A stretch of DNA of 63,984 bases, counting the filler, from Lenisia limosa (lineage: Eukaryota > Protista > Breviatea), in the NCBI GenBank assembly GCA_001655205.1. It is 10 parts of 10 records of this genome, joined end to end, with 100 filler letters (N's around TTAATTAATTAA, not from the genome) between each part and the next. Parts side by side here need not be neighbours in the genome. Positions count along the whole stretch, not along the records: positions 1 to 14,067 come from LPNZ01009647.1; 9 more parts are not named here. The stretch is one strand, 5' to 3'. Positions 1 to 11,368 of the stretch are shown piece after piece. Numbering within the stretch: the stretch's first letter is position 1; every line of letters begins with the position of its first letter. The notes under the pieces are model-generated. The model was not told where the DNA came from. It ran no database searches and was given only the letters and a program-made list of their open reading frames with translations. The position numbers and the translations under genes are program-made.

Positions 1-127
1 GTCAGAGATCTGTCAGAGATCTGGGGATCTTCAAAATCCCCAGGTCTGTGGCCCCCTGGCTGCAACTTCTAATTTTGTAATTTTTGTTTTTTTTTTGACC
101 TTTTTGCACTTACGAACTAGTACAAAC

Positions 128-2222
128 ATGACCGGAGACAAGGTTTGTGATTGCTTTCTTTTGTGTGAATGAGATTGACTTTACTCTAGCTTACTTCTCT
201 TATTGCTTGCGGAACTGAGATTTCTGCTGATACTGGTGACGTTGATGCCATTGCTCAATTCAAGCCTCGTGGTATGATAAAAAACTGATGTTCCTGACAG
301 CTCTCTCACCATTTAGATGCTACCACCAACCCTTCCCTTATTTACCAGGTTCGGGTGGTTGCGTATATAGTATTCACAAAATTATTTTGAACTTAATCTC
401 ATCTCATTGTTTCTACAGGCTGCCCAACTTCCTCAATACGCTCATTTGACTACCCAAGCCATCGAGTGGGGAAAGAAGGTTGCCAAGGAAGAGGGTATTG
501 CCGCTGGCTCCAAGGACGAGGTTGCCTGTGTTGTTGACTGCCTTGCTGTCACTTTTGGACTTGAGATTCTCAAGATTGTACCTGGTTATGTCTCCACTGA
601 GATCGATGCTCGCCTCTCTTTCGACACTGAGGGAACCATCAAGCGTGCTGAGTTTGAGGGCTTCATTGGTTAAGAAGAAATCCTGACTAATCATGGATTG
701 CGGCGCAGTCGTTCTAGAACACATCTTCTCAGTCATATCTTCACACCTTGCCTTGCTCCTCCACCTCCTCCTCTTTTCCGCTCATTTCAACCATAATTCA
801 ACAACAAAATGAAGTTAAATCATGGGATTAAATCCTCTTTGTATTCTTCCTTTCTTTCTTGATGCAACTTTTGCCATTGACCTCGTAGGCGCCTTATGCG
901 CCTCTACGGCGAGAAGGGTGTCTCCAAGGACCGTGTTCTCCTCAAGGTTTGTACAAAATAGCTTTCAAGCGGACCCATAATGACCTTAATGTGATACTGA
1001 TAAACCTTGGTGAAATGTTGATAAAAATCAATCATTACTGACAATTTAGATTGCCTCTACCTGGGAGGGCTTCCAAGCTGCTGCTGTTCTTGAGAAGAAG
1101 GTGAACCAAGCGGTCAATTACCAATACAGTCTTTGATTTTGAGCTGATCTGATCGCTGTTTAGGGCTTCAGATGCAATCTCACTCTTCTGTTTTGCTTCG
1201 AGCAGGCAGTTCTCGCCGCCCAGTGTGGTGAGTGGAGCTTGGGGGGTAAATGGTAATTCATGATGGTAAAATATAATCCTTTCCTCATTTCCTCACCCGT
1301 AGGTGTGACTCTTATCTCGCCCTTCGTGGGCCGCATTACTGATTGGTTCAAGAACGCCCAGAAGGTTGACGGCTTCACTGCTGAGGAGTGGGCGCGGGGA
1401 GGGGCATTTGTTGATAAAAATTCTTGAGCTACAAGGAGCTGTTTTCATTGAGAGCAATTCCCATGACCATCGTATTTTGCATTTCTTATTCTGCAGGGAT
1501 CCCGGTGTGCTCTCTGTCCGCCGTATCTACAACTACTACAAGACCTTTGACATCAACACCATCGTTATGGGTGCTTCGTGAGAGGGGGGAAGATTCCTTA
1601 TGAATCCATGTCTTGGGGGTACTGGGATCAACCAAGGTGCTCCATGAGTCTCACTATTGCAGTTTCCGTAACAAGGAACAAATTATCGCCCTTTCCGGGT
1701 GCGACAAGCTCACTGTTGGACCCAAGTTCCTTGAACAGCTCCAGGTGGGGGTGGGGAGAGGCGGGGTCATGAATCATTGTGATGTGGTTCTTCTCAATGT
1801 TATTGTTAACACATGACAGAAGGAGGAGGGAACTGTTCCCCAGATTCTCTCCAAGGAGACCGCCAAAGCTAAGTGCACCGACAAGAAGGTTGAGTTCACT
1901 CAGAGCGAGGTTGGTGGGTCTTCAATTCACAAGAGGAATATTTGTAGCTACGCCTTGCTACTGCTCTTTTTTTGCCTGCTTATAATTTAGTTCCTTCTTG
2001 CCATCAACAACGACCAGATGGCCATTGAGAAGCTTTCTGAAGGTTGGGGAATTCTTCTGTTGAGCTTCATTTCCAAGATTGATTTCTCATTGCAAGCAAT
2101 GTTTTATCATTATTGTGATCCGTGTAGGCATCCGCAAGTTCTGCATTGACATTGAGAAGCTTGAAGCTAAGGTTTCTGCCATCATGCAGGAACGCCCTGC
2201 TAAGAAGGCTCGTAAGAACTAA
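128..2222 (+). CDS. TAL1: Transaldolase (eukaryotic type), 13 exons
   Basis: Manual splicing at GT-AG gives a continuous frame: [86 protein letters not shown]; ATG 128, TAA 2220-2222. Confidence 0.95.
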
Positions 2223-2473
2223 GTTTCTTTGGATGTAATATAGGTATACTGCCCCCCCCCCCCTCACATTGCGAAATTGTTCTCTCATCTAATTTTCGTG
2301 GGATTGAATCGAGGAGGGAAAACGTCACCCCTCTCCCCTTTTTATCCTTCAAGACTCCGATACAGACCATTCAATAAATACATTTCACAAGCGAAAGGAA
2401 CTAACCTAATTAGAGTACACTCAAAGAAAAGCAACACACACACACACACTAATAGTACACGATAAAAACAGCG

Positions 2474-5400
2474 CTAGAGATTGAGACGAGAAAGGAGTTC
2501 GTGAGATACAAGACGATATGTTTCCGGTTCTCCCATCAGTCGACGGAAGTTCACTCTAAAACAAAAGATAAACGATTTGAAAAAAATAAGTCTTAGATGT
2601 TTATTTACATTTACTATTTCGTATAACGCCCCCTCACCCCTTGAGATTTGGGATAGGCAGTTGGACCACTTCGACCTCAAACACAACAGCAGTGTTCCTG
2701 GGGTGAACGCTCGGAAGGAAGGTGGACGATGCACTGCGGCCGCGGGGTTGGGCAACTGGCGACTATACCAGTTAATATCCCAAGATTTCGTGCCTAAGTA
2801 ACCCATGATATCCCATGTTACTCTTGTGACAGATTTGACCAGCCAATCCAGTTCAAGTATCCCAAATGCCTACATCATTACCAGACTCTGTCCTTGAAGA
2901 AAGTAGCGGGGATTCACTTTCAGAGTCCGAGTCAGAAGCAGTGCGTAGTGTAGAGATGTTAAGTGGGGCAAGAGAAAGCTGAAGGTGTGGGTGGGGATAT
3001 GTTTTTTTTAAAAAAAAGATAATCTACGATAGAAAAGGAAGAAGGGTGTAGAGTGAGTGAGAAGGAGATACACATTGTAAAATATCAACACAAACGTCAA
3101 TATACCTGAGTGCGTCTTCTACCTCTTGGGGGGATGAGGCGAGGGGACTGTGACAGCTTTGGAACCTTCGGGCCAAGTTGTGAGATGGACAGTGGTAGCA
3201 TTGTTGACTATGGGGATAAATCGAATAAAAGTGGTAAATAAGAAAACTTAAAGTCACATCAAACACTATGAGGGTATAAAAAAAAAGCCTTTCCAATATA
3301 GCACAGCTACACCTCAATGAAAATGCCTTCCATTCTCTAAGAAAACCACTTCGCTCTCACACCTCAAGGCTATCCGTTAAGTTTGGCAGGACTACGTCAT
3401 CAGATGAATCACTCCCGGGTGAAGGGGTGCGCGGAAGGGCAAAGGACTGGTGGACAAAAGACTTTGCGGACTTTACAGAGGGGGGACTGGGACGTTACAA
3501 ATCAAAAACTATGAAGACGTCTTAATTGCGCCCATAGACCCCCTCACATTCTAGAGTATGAGAGGGGACTATTGGCATCAAGGCCAGACGGGGAAAGGGG
3601 ACAGGAGGGGTCGTTGAGAGACTAAACTGTCAGAGAAGTAGGTTTGAAATGAAACATTTCAGAAGGAAAACTCAAGGGCAAACAAGAAACAAAAATGGCA
3701 AACATTTGAGGGGTTAGCGGGAAGGGCTCTGATTACAACCGCATCTGGAGATGCAACCATTCGGAGAGATACCACTTTTTGCTTCAGGTCTGGTAAGTGA
3801 GAATATGTAACAAATGAAGTTGTGGGCCGTAAATAGTGGACCTCGTTCATACCTTTTGGAGGAGATATAATGATCCCAAGAACAGACGCAACCTGTCAAG
3901 TTAAGGGAAATAAATTGATAAAACCAATCCACGCTTTCAAAGGGCAAGACTTAATGGATATGACGAGTAACTTTTAACGAATTCACAATGAGTGTAGATA
4001 GAGCGCATACTGAGAACAATTCATACCTTCTTCAATTCGGCAACAATGGCTGAGACCGTTTTAGTGGAAGTGGATTGCGCCGAAAAGCCTGCCATGGAGT
4101 TCATAGACCGTGCAACAACTTCATGAGCTGTGGAGGGGGGGGGGGGGNNNNNNNNNNNNNNNNNNNNNNNNNNNNNNNNNNNNNNNNNNNNNNNNNNNNN
4201 NNNNNNNNNNNNNNNNNNNNNNNNNNNNNAACAAATGGTCTAAACAAAAATGTAAGCAAACACATCATCCAAACATGAACTCCATACAAACATGCACAAT
4301 CCCCCAAACAATCGTCAGTGAAGCCTTGTGAGCTGAATTGCTCCATATCCAAGGTGGGCGCTAAAGAGCGTCGTCGCCTAACGCGAGGATCGTAGCGACT
4401 CTGGCTTTGGGGAGGAGACTGCTGCAGAATATCATTCTTTATTGTACCATTCTATGCTCATTTATTTTAGTAGTCGATCAAAATGCCTGTCAATAATCAT
4501 TAAATGAAAGGGATTATGTTCTATTCTGATGCAAAGGGAAAAGACCTACATGCACTTTTCTTGTTGGTGACAAAACTTCGTCATCATCAGCAATGCCGAA
4601 ATCTACCGCAGTAGGCGCGTGTAGTGCTGTGGGTGTGAGGGAGGGAGTAGTGGGTGTGAGCATAGTATGGGGAGACTCGTATAAATGCCTCACCCGGGGT
4701 GGACATATTGGTGCATTGGTGTAATGAAATCGGGGCTGGGGCGCTGCGATCATTGGCTCCGAATATCCGATCACCTGGAGGGGGGGTTGTTATTCTGAAT
4801 TGAACATGAATTGGTCTTAGTTGGAAATGAGAACAGATGGAAATTTTCATATGTGAGGAAAAAAACTGAAATGTCGGGGGAATAGTCGAGCGCCCTGTCA
4901 CAAGTGTGAAGAAACAACTCATACCATTGGATGTGACAGCGAATGATACCATTCCCTTTCCTTTCCCAGGGCTGAAATGCGACGAAAGCGGAGAGCTGAG
5001 GGCAAGTAAATGTGTAAAATGCCTTACGATTGGAAACCTAATGGGGGAGGAGAATTTACAATCTCCCTACACACAATACATTAAGAAAAGCCGGAATAAA
5101 ATGATTATATTTTGACCAACAACGTTATTATCAGGATAATTGCAAACTTCTCCTTTTGACAATTAGAGCATAAACCTTACCCCCCCCCCCACCCTGCACT
5201 GTCTTCATGAGATGATTCAGACACTGACGATGATGACTTTATATGTTGTATCTAGGGAGTGGGGGGGGGGGTGAAAAATGCATGTTTTTGTGACAATGAT
5301 CGGCGGAGTACAAGAAAACGCAATGCGGTTTTGGAATATACTACCAAAATAGTCTGAAACTAGGCTATTTGATTGGGTTAAGCTTCGTAGCCACCCTCTC

Positions 5401-7190
5401 ACGCTCACTCCAGAATTGTTGATCCGGGACATGAGAGCAGAGCTGCCGAGAGAACTCATGAGCGGGTCATCGTCATTGAAGAGTGTAGACTTGTGGATAG
5501 GTCCCATGGACTGACTCAGAGGATTGAAATCATCATCGGAAGAGGAGCGCGGCGATATCGGCGAACTGACGCTGTGGTGTGAAGCCACAAAAGTCATACC
5601 CATTATTTCATAGTATTGAATATACATAAAACAAACACAAAATATTATTAATATTATAATATAATAACACTATCATAGAAAATAAGTAAAATATTATGGT
5701 AAGAAATACGTTAGTCACCCCCCCCCCCNNNNNNNNNNNNNNNNNNNNNNNNNNNNNNNNNNNNNNNNNNNNNNNNNNNNNNNNNNNNNNNNNNNNNNNN
5801 NNNNNNNNNNNNNNNNNNNNNNNNNNNNNNNNNNNNNNNNNNNNNNNNNNNNNNNNNNNNNNNNNNNNNNNNNNNNNNNNNNNNNNNNNNNNNNNNNNNN
5901 NNNNNNNNNNNNNNNNNNNNNNNNNNNNNNNNNNNNNNNNNNNNNNNNNNNNNNNNNNNNNTTGCAAGAAAGTGGCAGCAGCTATTCATTGACTTCATCG
6001 TGAATTCTAGTCTTTTGTACATAAAACCCCATTGGACCCCAATTAGTTTTTTGGAGTTGGACTATGGGCCTGGAAAGCAACATATTTTTTATTGCATAAA
6101 TCCTCCCTCCTGACCTGGTAGCAGTGGTCATGGGCGAGGGGAGGTTGATAAGGGAGGGAGGGGATATAAACTTCTCAAGAGAGCCAATAACCTGGGGTGG
6201 GTCATATCAAAAAGTGACAAAAGCGCTTTACAGAATAATAATAATGATTCAAAGGAGATTATATAGAGCCCCCCCCCCNNNNNNNNNNNNNNNNNNNNNN
6301 NNNNNNNNNNNNNNNNNNNNNNNNNNNNNNNNNNNNNNNNNNNNNNNNNNNNNNNNNNNNNNNNNNNNNNNNNNNNNNNNNNNNNNNNNNNNNNNNNNNN
6401 NNNNNNNNNAACTGGTACCTCTCGTGGTATGACGCTGTGTTCAATAAATTGCGAAAAGGTGGGTATTTGATAGTGATGGTGTAAAACAGGTCAACGCTTA
6501 TACCCTGAGCTAAAACAAAGTAATCTAAAGCCCCCCCCCCCCCCTTNNNNNNNNNNCGACGTCATCAAGGTCGTCTTCGTCAGAGGAGTTGGACCTGAGA
6601 ACCCCAGACGAATTATCGTCAGAGCGACTGAATGCCTCATCTCCGTAGACCAGCTCATCGTCTGTGTCTTCTTCCTGCAGCTCAGGTAAAACGAGGATGA
6701 GTAAGCATTACTACTATGCACATGAATATCTTCTCACTTTGATCTCGCTGCTGTGATGGCTTTGGATATTGAGGGCCAGGGCAGCGGGAGGTGTAAAGCC
6801 GGAGGCTATCAGGAGTTAATAGACGGGGGGGGGGGTGACAAAGAAAAACAAACAACAACAGAATCAATCCATCTGAACGTAANNNNNNNNNNNNNNNNNN
6901 NNNNNNNNNNNNNNNNNNNNNNNNNNNNNNNNNNNNNNNNNNNNNNNNNNNNNNNNNNNNNNNNNNNNNNNNNNNNNNNNNNNNNNNNNNNNNNNNNNNN
7001 NNNNNNNNNNNNNNNNNNNNNNNNNNNNNNNNNNNNNNNNNNNNNNNNNNNNNNNNNNNNNNNNNNNNNNNNNNNNNNNNNGTTTTTAGTCCTAAAGCAC
7101 GCCTTTCCCGGGGGTCTGCAGCTGAGAAGTCAGGAAAAAGGTCAATGTACAAAGTTTGAATATGAAAAATTTCCCAGAGTATAATCTGCT
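2474..7190 (-). CDS. Unidentified multi-exon protein with Ser/Asp/Glu-rich low-complexity middle region
   Basis: Minus-strand exon-like segments with splice sites (ILWEIFHIQTLYIDLFPDF; LQEEDTDDELVYGDEAF; SPISPRSSSDDDF; SWDINWYSRQLPNP...LLLCLRSKW; stop at 2474). 5' end and exon chain uncertain; could be more than one gene. Confidence 0.5.
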
Positions 7191-7362
7191 ATAGTATGGG
7201 GTTTCCCGAGGGTATATGGTCCATGAGGGGATATGACGGGAGTGAATTGGATTTTTTAAAGATGTTCGAGGCCGATACATATGATAGAGTAGAGGGCAAA
7301 AGTATACAATTGTTTTACAAATGAGGTATTAACACTTAGTAAAAGGCCTTCTTCATTATCAA

Positions 7363-10300
7363 TCACAGATTGGCATCTTTATCATTGAGTAAATTATATT
7401 CTGAATAGCCTTCCATTCTTCTTTAGGTGTAATAAGAAGACATTTGTGAATTATTTACAAAGAGTAAAATACAATATATTATACTATATTATATCATATA
7501 GTATATATGTATATATATATATATACCAATATGTATTATGTATGATTTAGAATTTAGTATTGTCATCATAGTTCTGCCCATACTATTATCACTGTCTTCA
7601 GAGCCGGACGAACTTGCGGTTACAGGCTCCATTGAAGGACCTACATATGTATATAAGCTGAAGAGAGCTATTCTGTGGTTTTAAATTTACTATGTATGAT
7701 GCGTTTTCAAAAAAGGAAGACGGTGTTAAATTTACCTAAGCGGGCAAGTGCTGAAGGTGGGCGTTGTGCGCGAGTTCTACGTGATACCATCCCGAGATTT
7801 CGCCTATCCTAGTATAATCAGCGAAACTGTAAAAGAAATTATTTCTGTAGCTCATATAGTACTATGATATTATCTCAATAGCTGAAACATTATTCTCCTC
7901 TTTCCTTTCATGGAAAAGGAATCCCATACTCCGTACCCATATATGTGACGTCAAGGCCTGTTTCCTGGATTCTCGAGCCAGTTTACGGGCTTCTTGCTGC
8001 TGTCGATGAAGAAAATCCCGCCTGTATCTTGCTGCTAAAATGTAGTAGAGTGCAGTAAGACTATAGGGTCAGTGTAGAAAGAGCTGAAGGTAACCATATG
8101 TTAAAAGTACAACCCCCCCTCTCTCGTTTATGCGAAAAAACTCCACCAAACATCATCCAACCTATTGTATGCAGAAAGAGTGAGCAGGTTGACAATTTCG
8201 TCAGGGTTATAGCCCATTGTATCCATAATGGACAGAACATTGTCATCTGCATCGGAAGGCTGTCGTACTCTCTAGTGGGGTAAATATGTTCCCTATGGTT
8301 CAAAACTGTCACAAAAATTCCCATATCGAATTGTATTACTTTGACAAAAAACAGCATACCCCCCCCCCTCACCGGAATAAAAAAATCGGTGCATGCGAAT
8401 TTTGAAGGCGACACTGTTCCTCTCACCCACGGTATGTCTGAATATTAGTGCGGGTGTGTGGGGGGGGGGGGTATCCCATCAAAGGCGATACCTTTCTGAA
8501 TACTACAATATATATCCAAATCAACTTACTGGAGAGATCTGAAAGACTAGGTCGTTTAGAAGGGTCACTATGCAGGATTTTACGGATCAAAATTTCAATT
8601 TCTGAAAAAAGTGACAAAAGAAGCATCTCTTCAAAGACATTGCACTCTTTATGAAAAGATATGCTATCGGTTATCTCAGTAATTTTTGGTAACTATGTGT
8701 ATCAATAGGCTTGAAAATACCATGCAACAAAAAAGAACAGAAGGGAACGCTTGGGTACCGCTAACACCACCTACCAGTCTTGAGGTATGGAGACGGACGA
8801 ATGATAGTGCAACCGTTTGAGTCGATTTGAGGCTCTCTATGAAGTTAATACAATAAAACTTCAAATGTTGTAAATCACTCAGGAGAATTTGATGGGGGTG
8901 TTTAGTGGAAATTTACCCCCCCCCCCTNNNNNNNNNNNNNNNNNNNNNNNNNNNNNNNNNNNNNNNNNNNNNNNNNNNNNNNNNNCGCAAACTTTGGCAG
9001 TGGAGATTTAAGTAAATGATGAGATTACCCTGTCAAAAACATATGCAACTATTGCGAGGGTGAGAGTGAGTGAAATTTTAAAACTGAAATAGAAAATTTC
9101 AATATCTTTAAAATACTTTTTTTATATATTAAGACTATTATATTATATACTACATGAAATATATACATAGTAGCTATATATTATATATATTATATATATG
9201 ATATCATATACTACTATATACTATATAAGTTATACAATAGGTGAACTCACAAGGTGGTTTATAATCATGAGCCGTACCAAACTGTGTGAAATACCTCATG
9301 TTGGTATCAATAATACCTTATCAAGAAACTACAGCTTTCTAATCCCCCTCCATACCCCTGAAATGGCAAAGTTCCAACAATGCAGGTGTAGAGCAATACA
9401 CCCAAAGACCAAATGTCTGCTTCTGGTGCTGTGTCTAAAGAAGTCATGTGCTGCCTACACATCATTGAACAATTTGGAAATAGAAATACCTCCTACATGA
9501 CAATCATCCCTTCACCCCTGTATTACAGTTACCCTAAATAGTGCTCACATTTCTCTCGATTAAGGATTTCTACAAAGTCAAAAACAAAAAAAGAGTTCAA
9601 TTGGGGCAAAGCAGACCCCCCCNNNNNNNNNNNNNNNNNNNNNNNNNNNNNNNNNNNNNNNNNNNNNNNNNNNNNNNNNNNNNNNNNNNNNNNNNNNNNN
9701 NNNNNNNNNNNNNNNNAAGTGATTGGCCAAGCCAAAATCGGCTAGTTTCACATTCAATGACTACTCTGTCAGTACAAGGAAGTATGTATGCGACTTATAA
9801 ACATGATACGGAAGAAGGTATAATTGTTAAACTGATACCAGAAAAAAATAAAAGCCATAATCAGAAGGAAAGAACTTTCCAGCCAACTTCGTCAAGCAAT
9901 ATATTTTCGGGTTTGAGATCCCTGTGTGTGACTCTCATTTTGTGACAATGTTGCACAGCAGAAAGGAGCTACATGATGAAAGAAAATCATTGATTGAATC
10001 AAAGCAGTTGTCCATCCTTTTTGGGAAAATAAACACTGTTAATTACATTGCCCAACCTGTCTGAAGATGCGCTGGGCCTGTGCCTCCCCGAGCCGTCCTT
10101 TGGAAACGATCAGATCAAAGAGCTCTCCTCCGCCGGCATACTCCATCACGAGAAAGGAGGCGTCTGTCGTCTCAAGTACTTCATATAGGCTGGGAGTGAG
10201 GATAAGTGGGAATATATGAGAGTGAATGAGAACACAGTGGATATCTTTAAACCATCGTATCTTTTAACTTGATTCTTGAAAACAATTTTTTAAAAAACAT

Positions 10301-10869
10301 AAGCTCCTCCCTTCAGTAACAAGCTTCCGTGTAATGATCTCTCAAACTGGCAAATACACAGTTTAGACACATAGATGATGTTACATTCCCACATGCAACC
10401 TTATGATATGCGGATGGTTAAGTAGTTTCAGGATTTTGATTTCCCTTTGAAACCGCTCATTTGCCTTTGGGTGCGTTTCTAGTCTCTCAAAGGACACCAC
10501 CTTGATGGCTACCTGAAGTGTGGAGTTATATGGAAGACGCTACGTTGAGACTGCCATGCTAAAAACTGCTTGATGAACTAACCTTTTCGTTAAGGTCGAA
10601 AGTAGTCCCAAGATGCACCTCTCCAAAGCCTCCGACACCTGGACAGGGATAACTCCGTTAGTGTTTAGAAGGTAGATCTCCACAGGGAAGACAGAACTTA
10701 GTGAATATATGGTCAAATAGTGTTAATAAATCCTTTATATCTTTAAATAAATGACAAGTAGTTTCGGAGAGACACTACAACCTCTCAAACCAAGGACATC
10801 TCCAATGTAGTAGGAACCAATAGAGTCAGGAACCATTAGATCACCAATTGGGTTATCTGAATCCTCCAT
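7363..10869 (-). CDS. SNF1/AMPK/MARK-related Ser/Thr protein kinase with UBA-like domain
   Basis: Spliced exons give [75 protein letters not shown], then [16 protein letters not shown] (UBA-like). Activation loop falls in N gap 9623-9716; 3' end inferred. Confidence 0.9.
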
Positions 10870-11134
10870 TTTTCAATTTCAAGGCCAATGGCTGAGCGAG
10901 CAACCAAAAAAAAAGAGACTGCGTTTCAAACAAGAGGTCGAAACTGTAAGTTCTTGTTTTCGAACTCTGGAACAGTGGTTGAAGTCGCTCTTTGGGGCTA
11001 CTACGAAACAAAATACTCTAAATGGAACATCTTTGAATTACCTATGAGGTCAATTCTTCACTACATATTTATATTAGGTACTATACTGCAACTATACTGT
11101 GATAAACGTTGTAACAGTACAAAACAAAACAAAA

Positions 11135-11326
11135 ATGCCAAAATGTGGGGAACCGCCGGACGCGACAACTGAGGCTGAGGGTGGCTACCCCGCCGATCCC
11201 GCCCCTCCTACAGGCGACTTACAGGCTCAAAGTGTAGTTAATAAAACAGCAACAACAGAGCTCAAAATAACCCACAGAATTCTAAACGCACACAAGTCTG
11301 CTGCTCAGGAACAGGCCTCCACCTAG
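11135..11326 (+). CDS. Possible small intronless ORF (63 aa, Pro/Ala/Thr-rich)
   Basis: ATG 11135 to TAG 11326, between the divergent kinase and NAF1 starts; no homology recognised. Confidence 0.2.
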   Translation: MPKCGEPPDATTEAEGGYPADPAPPTGDLQAQSVVNKTATTELKITHRILNAHKSAAQEQAST

Positions 11327-11368
11327 GGGTATAAATATAAAGAAGCTTAATCCCCTCCTCCACTCAAC

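Noticed and set aside
1161-1172. TTAGGGCTTCA match to the MITE 1 terminus in transaldolase
   Set aside because: It is an acceptor AG followed by codons for Gly-Phe-Arg; no second TIR or core.
5608-6444. Long ORFs in the track that run through X stretches
   Set aside because: Open only because N gaps contain no stop codons.
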